Made by a program: the position numbers and the translations under genes. A stretch of 64,000 nt of DNA, taken from assembly GCA_964016885.1 (NCBI GenBank), contig CAXHJY010001741.1, positions 88,716 to 152,715 of the forward strand, read 5' to 3'. The DNA comes from Eledone cirrhosa. Its lineage: Eukaryota. The notes under the pieces were generated by a model. The model was not told the origin of the DNA. It saw only the letters and a program-made list of their open reading frames with translations, and made no database searches. Shown here in pieces: positions 54,788-64,000 of the stretch (position 1 is the first letter of the stretch; each line of letters starts with the position of its first letter).

Positions 54788-55613
54788 TATTATATATATA
54801 TATATATATACATATACATAAACATACATATATTAGTACATATATACATATACATAAACATACATATATTAGTACATATATACATATACATAAACATACA
54901 TATATTAGTACATATACATCATATCTACACACACGCGGTCGCGCACACACATACACACACACACACGCACACACACACACATATATATATATATATACAT
55001 CATATCTACATATATCTACATATATATATATCTCCCTTACGTCGATTTATCTCGTCTTCTAATCACCGAACGTCTTGATGAGGTGGATTCCAATTGCAGC
55101 GCAGTTGTTATCTCTCTCGATCTACACTCAAACAACAACGACGGCGACGAAAATAACAACAACTTCTGCCTAATATCCAGTCACCCTTCCTTTCTCCCTT
55201 CCTTCCTCCCTTCCTTCCTTCCTTCCTTCCTGCCTTCCTTTCCTTTCCTTCTCTACCCTACCCTACTCTTACATTACTTCCTTCTTCCTCCCCTTCTTTA
55301 CTCTGTTCTCTTGAGGCTCGATGCTCGAAAGATTTTAACCCGGTTTCTTTTCCGTAAGAATCGAACTCCTGCTCTAAGAAATTAATCCCACGCCATTTTC
55401 CGTTTTCGTTTCTTATTTTAATCGTGTGTTTGTTCAATTCTTTCCTCCCCTCTTCCCTTCCTTCTTTCTAGAAACTCGTTGATGTTTTTGATGCAATGAA
55501 TACACCCTCTTCTAATTGAATCCGAACATTTTCTCTACATGCATACGTATAAGAGATACTACATGTGCATACGGATATTTACACACGCATTCACGTATAT
55601 ATATATATATTTA

Positions 55614-55695
<82 letters not shown>

Positions 55696-55698
55696 TAC

Positions 55699-55832
<134 letters not shown>

Positions 55833-55845
55833 GTATATATACATA

Positions 55846-55924
<79 letters not shown>

Positions 55925-56272
55925 ATAAAGAACATAGTATCGCAATTAAAGAATATATTTAAGAAAAAGCACAATTTTACTCACGTTTTGCTGACGCTGC
56001 AGTTTCATCATGACCGAGAAATTATACTTATTAACGTAGTTAATTACTTAATTAAGACTATCATAACTAATCAATAAGTAAGTCTTAAAATATACATATC
56101 TTACAGCCTTAACAAAAAAAATTAAAATTAAATATTCTATGTTAGTATATAGCAACTACACGCCGACTACCCTTTCAGCCCTTTAAAAACATACATTTAT
56201 AGATAGATGCAAACACATTGCCTTCATTTAGTCTGGCACTTATTTTAGCGATCATTATCTGTGAAACCGCTT

Positions 56273-56450
56273 GAATTGGCAGTATCGGAAGAGGGTCGGA
56301 CATGCTTTCCAGCATAGTTACGTCCGTTTACGATCTGAGTTCAAATCCTGCCGAGGTTAACTTTGCCTTTCATCCTTACGGGGTCGATAAAATCAAGTAC
56401 CAGTAATGCACTGGGTAATTACTGGCCTTGTGCCAAAAGTAGAAACAATT
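56273..56450 (+). mobile_element. SINE family A copy with 20-bp TSD
   Basis: attatctgtgaaaccgcttg at 56254-56273 and 56448-56467. Confidence 0.9.
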
Positions 56451-57257
56451 ATCTGTGAAACCGCTTGGTAACAAGACATAACGCTGACACACAGAAAAAC
56501 CAGGCACAGACATCGATGAGTAGTTGTAAAGCTCCATTTACAATACTGAAACATCTAGTTCGATGTGAGAGCAGGTGATATTTTACTTCGACTCACTTCA
56601 CTCTAGACCCTGGGAAGGATATTGGGCAGAAAGAAAATATACACAAGTTTGTCTGGCGTGATGAAAATCTATATAAAAAAACAGCCATGTTAAATTTTGG
56701 GTCTCACTGATTCTACCAGGATTCTACCATGTAAAGGGTAGATGAGTTTGTTGAATACTCAGTCACCTTAATGCTAACTCCCTGAGTAAAAAGGGGGCCT
56801 GGCTTTGGTGTTAGGTTGTTTGGCTCACGATCGTAAGGCTGCTAACACAGTTCTCGACAGCTTGTTTTTAACTTGAGCAAGACACTTTATTCAGCGTTGC
56901 TGTAGTTCACTCACTTGACAAAAATGAGTTATACGTGTAATTTAAGGGGCCTGCCTCCTCACACGATGTGTGACGCTGAATCTCTTCAAGATCTGCATGT
57001 GTATGTAGAATAGCCAGGCACATACACTTTAATTTCCCATGTAGTTCTTCTGTTGATTGAAGCAAGTGAAACATTCGTCGTTAGAAACGACGGAGGATCC
57101 AACATTTAATGTAAATAGTTGAGGTAATGTAATATCTAGAATAATAACCGTCGAAATCGATGGAGAATCAATTTGATATTTAATTTTCTTTTTGAATGCA
57201 TGTAAAAATACACACACACATACTTATATATATGTAAGAGCATATTTATGTATGCAA

Positions 57258-57317
<60 letters not shown>

Positions 57318-57338
57318 GTATATATATATATATATATA

Positions 57339-57379
<41 letters not shown>

Positions 57380-57588
57380 GTCTATGTATATATATATATG
57401 TTTAATATACATATATGTATATATGTATATACATAGACATATATACATATACACATAGACATATATACATATATATACACACATATATATATAATATTTA
57501 TATATACATATGTATATATATATGTATATATATGTATATATATGTATATATATATGTATATATGTATATATGTCTATCTATATATGTA

Positions 57589-57652
<64 letters not shown>

Positions 57653-58299
57653 TTACATGTGTGTATATGTATGTACGTGGGGGCGCATATGTATGTATGT
57701 ACGTACGTACGTACGTACGTATGTATGTATGTATGTATGTATGTATGTATGTATGTATGTATGTATGTATGTATGTATGTACGCGCGTGTGTATTTGTGT
57801 GATTACGCCTGTGTTGGGATTTGTGTGCTGATAGCGAAATGAAAACATTTTATTAAAATTTTATCAAGAACGCTAATGACAATCCACAGAAGTTCTTCAC
57901 TGCAAACAAACATTCGCCATTGCAATCCTTTGATATATATCGAAGTCAGTGTTACAGTACGCTTTTTAATTACTTATTTCTAGAACACATTGCAAAGACA
58001 GTCAATGACTAAGCCGCTATATGGTCGCTATATAGTCATGCTAGAAACAGCAACCAAATATCGTGGACGATGGAGGACCAATATATTATAGTCTTGCATA
58101 CCTCTAATCAGACAGAATGGAATGCGAGTGGTCAAAGGGCTGTTCTGAGAGGTTTGATACGCGGCTAAGAAACAAACAAGCAACGACAACAGCAACAACA
58201 ATAAAAACAGCACCAATAAATATACACAGCGACACGCATGCATACATATTTACATAGGTACGCACATACATGCATATAAACACAATTTACCTGAAATCT

Positions 58300-59600
58300 A
58301 TACCTCTACTGCACAAACGGGAGAACACCAAAAACTCGTAGACATCTTACAAGTGATCTGGGATGATGTATTTCACCATGTGCCTATAATAAGGAGAAAA
58401 TCGGGAATGAATAGTAAAGAGAATATGATCATCAGAACTCTCAGTGTACAACAAACACATTGTCCATAATACGTTTACTGTATCCATCCTAACGCCAACA
58501 TTTGGCCTGCCTAACTAATCATTGCATCAAATGTAAGGAATGACAAAATGTTCAGGGTTACTGGGAAATTGGATAGGCTATATTTCTCAGGCAAGGATGG
58601 TGATAGAAGCTTTAAATCTATATTAACTTCATACAAGATCCAGATAATAACACTGATGCAACATCTTGCCCAGTTTTATGAGCATGAAAATAATTGTTTC
58701 TCCTTTAGGCACAAGGCCAGAAATTGAATAGGCGAGGAAAGTCGATTAAATCAACTCCAGTGTTTTACTGATGCTTTATTCTATCGACCCCGTAAGGATG
58801 AAAGGCACGATTGAATTCAAAACGTAAAGGTCTGTAACTCTATGCCGCTAAGCATGTTGTCTGACGCTCTACCGATTCTGCCAATCCACCGCCCTAAGAG
58901 CATGGAAATAATAACAGAAGAGAGACATGAAATAAAACTTAATACAAACCTCTCTCCCACGAACATTGGAAGACCCTACTCAATGCTCGAAAAAAAAAAA
59001 ATGAACCAAATCCCTGTGAATGTTGTGCATGGGTACTCGAGATGAAACCTTCATAACATCCATGTTATTCAGGAACAAGAAACCCTCACCAAGTACCTAC
59101 TGCACAAAAGAGGAAGGTCATTAGTTGACAATAAATGGAGGCTGTGAAAAACAAAGACTGAAGATGTTAGTCACATTATTGTCAACGGTAAAAGAATATC
59201 TTCTCGTTACAACCTCCCTATGAGGCATGATGTGATAGCTAAAACGACCCGGAAGGCATTACGGAGAACGAAAATGAAATCAAATTGGGAGGAATATGTT
59301 GAGATAGATTGCTCAAAGGAATACTGGGGGAATCTAAAAATAAAAACTGCCACCTAATTAAAACACAACTATTCTGATATTGTTTATTGGGACCACACAT
59401 GGATTTCCGGAGAAAGCACATCGCTCATTATTTTATAAGCTACAAATTGCTGCGATATCTGGAACCTTCAAAGTTTGTAAAACATTATTACGATTCAAAG
59501 ATTGAGCGCTTAAACAAGATACGACAAAAAATTATTTTCTCTATAACATTGCCACCGGCAAGGTGGCCGGTCAACAATAAACTCAAAAGTAAAAGAAAAA
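58300..59600 (+). mobile_element. Degenerate R4/Dong-clade (RLE) non-LTR retrotransposon relic, interrupted by a SINE at 58690-58895
   Basis: Translations HNTFTVSILTPTFG, DRLYFSGKDGDRSFKS, IQEQE..TKY...KWRL*K..EDVSHII..G...RY..PMRHDVIAK (eroded CCHC knuckle plus RHD) and EYWGNLKIKTAT*LKHN. Confidence 0.72.
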
Positions 59601-59967
59601 AATATATATACATACATGTCAAGAGCGGTGTCCCAGCATGGCCTCGGCCGGATGGCTGGAATAGGTAAAAGAGTAAAAGAGTATACATACAAACATATAT
59701 AAATATACAAATGTATACATAAACGGTATTTTCTATTTGGTGCCTCGATATATCACCCACACCGGATGCGGAGCAGAGATGTGAAACTCGATATGCGAGA
59801 AAAATAATCTACTTGAAATAAACAATATAATTTAATCTTGTATTTGTTACTTTCTCACTGTTGACAAACTGTAACATTTGAATGTATATATATATGTGTG
59901 TGTGTGTATGCTTGCACGTTTATGCGTGTATGTGTGTGTATATATATATATATATTCTATTCTATTC

Positions 59968-60395
59968 TAAGGCGGGTAAAATTCCCGAGATCCATGGACG
60001 AGTTCTCTCCAGCGATCTCTGTCCCTCATCATCGCTGCCATGTCCTGCGTCTCCAATAGACCAGTGTCTGTCCATAGGGCATCAACATACGTTAACCTTG
60101 GTTTTCCTCTTCTAGTGTGTCCATGTAGGGGCTCCCAAAGGAGCACTGAGTGCAATGTCAACTCTGGATGTCGGTGAGCATGTCCAGCTAACCTCAGTCT
60201 CCTCTGTGTTACTTTTGAGCTGACTTTTGGGATGCTGCCATACAGCTATTGAGTTTTTCATCCTCAGTGTATATTGATTAATGTTCAGAGCCATCCTCAG
60301 CATTCTCGTGTAGCACCCATCCACCATCTGAGTGGGTTTCTTGATCAGTGTCCAAGTCTCAGACCCATACAGCAGCACAGACTCCACCACAGCAA
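59968..60395 (-). mobile_element. RTE-clade LINE 3' fragment
   Basis: AVVESVLLYGSETWTL...DGCYTRMLRMALNI and RRGKPRLTYVD...MRDRDRWR. Confidence 0.82.
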
Positions 60396-60771
60396 TGATT
60401 ATAATTATACACACATATATATATATAAATGTATGATTCTATATGTATATATCTATCTATCTATCTAATATGACTTTGTAACATGTATTTTCCTTTCGCA
60501 AAGGGTCTTATGCTCCTATGCACGGGCAGGCATATTCACGCTCTCGTCATTTCAGCGAAACAGATCGAAGGAGAAATGGCTGCACTAGCACTGGACTGAT
60601 ACATTTTGTTCATCGACCTCAAATGGCTGAAAGGTAAAATGAACCTCTGTGATATATGAATTCCACACGTAGAGATTCGTAACAAAATCCAACGCTTTAA
60701 GAACTTTGCTAACTTGACAAATTTGGGGGTTATAATTATATATTATATTAGTGATCTACACACCAGAATGT

Positions 60772-60958
60772 TGGTGGATTGGCAGTATCGGTAGAGGGTC
60801 GGACGCCATGCTTTCCAGCATAGTTACGTCCCTTTACGATCTGAGTTCAAATCCCGCCGAGGTTGACTTTGCCTTTCATCCTTACGGGGTCGATAAAATA
60901 AAGTACCAGTAATGTACTGGGTAATTGCTGGCCTTGTGCCTAAAGTAGAAACAGTTAT
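60772..60958 (+). mobile_element. SINE family A copy
   Basis: Consensus match. Confidence 0.88.
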
Positions 60959-61400
60959 TGAGTAGGAAAGAAAAGGACGTCCTTCTGATCGGACTAAAGA
61001 AACTTTATATTTGTTGCTGTTTCAGTTTGCTATACTATCTGTTGCTTGGCCTCTTGTCAGAAGCGTTTCAGCTCTTTCGGTGAAGAGAGGTAGGATTTGA
61101 ACACAGAACGAAGAAAACCGGGGCAGACCCCCCCCCCCCCCCCCCCTTTTCCCAGCCCCAAGGCATCCCGTCAATGTTTTAACAATTCCGTAAATTCCCA
61201 CTTCTTGTTTAGTACAAAGCACAGAGATTTAGAACAAATAACGCATATAATTCTATCCGATACTCTACCGATTCTAGCAATTCACTGATTATTGTAATAG
61301 TCTCAGACTTGTCAACCTCTAACAACCCAAACGGGGAGTACCATGAAAGAAGGGGCCCCAAAACGGGGAGAAATGAGACAAAATGGGGAGATTTTACATA

Positions 61401-61591
61401 ACTGTTTCTACTATTGGCACAAGGCCAGCAATTATCCCAGTGCATTACTGGTACTTTATTTTATCGACCCCGTAAGGATGAAAGGCAAAGTTAACCTCGG
61501 CAGGATTTGAACTCAGAATGGCAAGGGCCGTAACTCTATGCGTCAAAGCATGGCGTCCGACCCTCTACCAATACTGCCAATCCACCACCCT
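61401..61591 (-). mobile_element. SINE family A copy with 16-bp TSD
   Basis: gggagattttacataa at 61386-61401 and 61592-61607. Confidence 0.9.
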
Positions 61592-61718
61592 GGGAGATTT
61601 TACATAATGAAAGTTATATCGTCAGAAGGGGAGAGTTGACAGGTCTGTAGTGGGGTTTAAGCCATACGGTTTCAGTATTAATACTCTGTAAAGAGTGAGG
61701 CTATTTTTTAGTCCTAAA

Positions 61719-62613
61719 TCAGTCATGATAAATCAGGCTTATTATAAGTCTTGATCCCAGGAGCTCTGCCTTTTCTTTAGACAAATGTAGGTCTCTAATG
61801 AGATCGTGAAGCGCTTCCTGGTTAAATGGTATGTGTTCACTTGTCTCATGTTCGTCTTGATAAGCATCATCAATATGGGTGCTACTGGAATCAGAATCAG
61901 CAGGTGGAACTGGAACAGGTAATTCATCACTGTGAGGTACTGGTAGGAGTGCTGACGAGATATCGGGTATTGAAGTGTAGTTCGTGTCTTCACAGTTATT
62001 CCTTGGATGTTTATATGGCAGAAGTAGCAATCGTTATTGTGGTCTTTTGGTTCTCGCCACACCATTGGTACGGCAAATGGCAAACCAGAGCTTCGTTTCC
62101 CATTCTTCCATTCACTTAGGTGATTAACACATGACCTACACGCTATATGAGGCACCCATTTCTTGTCCTGGTCTCCTAACGGAGATTTGAAGTAGCATTT
62201 GTAGTTTACTCGAACTGCTTTTGTGATTGGTTTCTTTATGCTTTCTGGGGTAAAGAGTCCACAAATATAGCAAAATCGGTCCGGCTCATTTACACATTTC
62301 CGGCGTTCCATCTCTCCCACTAGTCAAAGTTGTTGTGAATTATCCAAGAATAACTGAGGATAGTTACAATTCTGTGATCTGAAACAAAAGCAGTAAGTAT
62401 AAATTAGTTAACAACTAAATATAGTGGATACAATTGGATAAAGTAATATGAGCCACATAGCTATGGGTCATAAACATGGATATGCTGGTTCTCGAAAACT
62501 AGACCCGATACAGCTTAACCGTTGTCATATTCAGATTCTGCACACTTGATTACCCTAGAATCATACTAAATTATACCAGAACCATGAAATGAATATTTTT
62601 TTGTTGACCAGTG
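61719..62613 (-). mobile_element. DNA transposon 5' half (Tc1/mariner superfamily, tentatively m44-like) with a frameshifted transposase N-terminus
   Basis: CVNEPDRFCYICG...GDQDKKWVPHIAC..C...PFAVPMVWREPKDH.NDCYFC then, in another frame, LHDLIRDLHLSKEKAELLGSRL. Terminus CACTGGTCAACAAAA at 62613 abuts TA; the second TIR is not seen. Confidence 0.7.
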
Positions 62614-63214
62614 TAATTAGAGGTGTTACAGCCACTATCATCCAGTGTTCTCTATTTTGGAGGTAAATTGCTCGTAGGATAACGTCATTCTTTATTTCTA
62701 AAGGTAGTAAACATTGAATTGAAAGAAATTAATTCCAACGAGGCTGATAGTAAATATTATGTATTATTTTATGAACGAAGTAACTCAAATGTTTAGAGGT
62801 TCGTGTTCATGTACTTATGAAATATATTAATTGTTTCTACTTTTGGCACAAGGCCAGCAATTACCCAGTACATTACTGGTACTTTATTTTATCGACCCTG
62901 TAAGGATGAAAGGCAAAGTTAAACCTTATGAAATATATTAATGATACAAATTTAAGCATTTGTGTAAAAATAGTTGTAGGTCTGAAACAGAAATACTTTG
63001 TTTCATGTATTGAGTTCTATTTTTTCTTTAGAGTAAGACCATACCTATGTATTCTATACCCTCTCATATGCAAACATACAAACACACGCACGAACGCATA
63101 TATACACATGTGTGTGTGTATATAAATATATATATGTATAGATATACATAAGTATATAAACACGCACACAAACACAAACATACACACACATGTATATATA
63201 TATATCACAAGTAA

Positions 63215-63368
63215 GACCAGGCGATGCGTTATGTCCTTGAGCAAGACACTTTATTTCACATTGCTCCTTCTACCTGGAGTTGCGACCGATAGATAGTATT
63301 AGCAATTGGAAAGACCAACGGAAACATTGTTCCCTCGGTCCGATTTGACGAAAGTCGATCGTTCCTTA
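63215..63368 (+). mobile_element. 5'-truncated family B2 SINE
   Basis: CORE-like segment plus the same alternative tail as 37199-37402, followed by (TA)n. Confidence 0.82.
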
Positions 63369-63421
63369 AATATATATGTATATATATATGTATATATATG
63401 TATATATACGTATATATATGC

Positions 63422-63480
<59 letters not shown>

Positions 63481-63927
63481 TGTTTGTATATATATATATA
63501 AATATATATGTATATATTTATATCAAGTATATATATAAAACGTCTGAATATTTAAGAGATTATGAATGGAAACTGTAGAATGGTGCATTATATTCGCATA
63601 GAAATCAAACATTTAGAAACATATAAGCAGAACAAGATAAACAAGAAAAGAGAAGAAAAAAAAACAAAACAAGAACAACAACACTCCTAAATAACAAACC
63701 AAAGAAATATATATGCGGTTCATATGTCAAACGATATTACGATATTCTAATTAATTATCTGACATCAGAAACTTTTCTTCATCAAAGTGTTGCACCTTTT
63801 AGGAGAGAGATAATCAGCATTGAATGCGTTTCTCTATAGGTAACTTGATAATCCCAACTTTATAAACAGTACCGTCTATATCTTTATATATACGTATATT
63901 TACACACACAGACACACACATATATCA

Positions 63928-63972
<45 letters not shown>

Positions 63973-64000
63973 CATACACAGACACACAAACATATCAATG

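Overview
AT-rich, repeat-saturated animal genomic DNA. It is most likely an octopus or other coleoid cephalopod, inferred from the tRNA-derived SINE families and extreme (TA)n/(CA)n/(TACA)n/(TCTA)n microsatellite load. No host gene exon can be supported, and almost all ORF-track entries are translated microsatellites. The real coding sequence is all transposon-derived: an intact Penelope-like element (RT + GIY-YIG, Naiad-type CxC-x5-C-x5-C linker, 40837-43158) in a 1.47-unit tandem, an internally deleted Helitron with both termini and a frameshifted PIF1 helicase, a Tx1/L1-type RT remnant, and relics of R4/Dong, CRE, RTE and Tc1/mariner elements. The main signal the ORF track misses is a population of minimal type-I hammerhead ribozymes (HHRs), about 16 complete or degenerate motifs in unrelated sequence contexts. 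Most sit in short non-coding units embedded in (TA)n. They include a 311-bp HHR tandem array (retrozyme-like, 24806-26298), a 446-bp terminally redundant HHR unit, HHRs in the Penelope pseudo-LTRs, and several fold-back palindromes whose turn-around point lies in HHR helix II. All RNA structures were read by eye and have not been computed.
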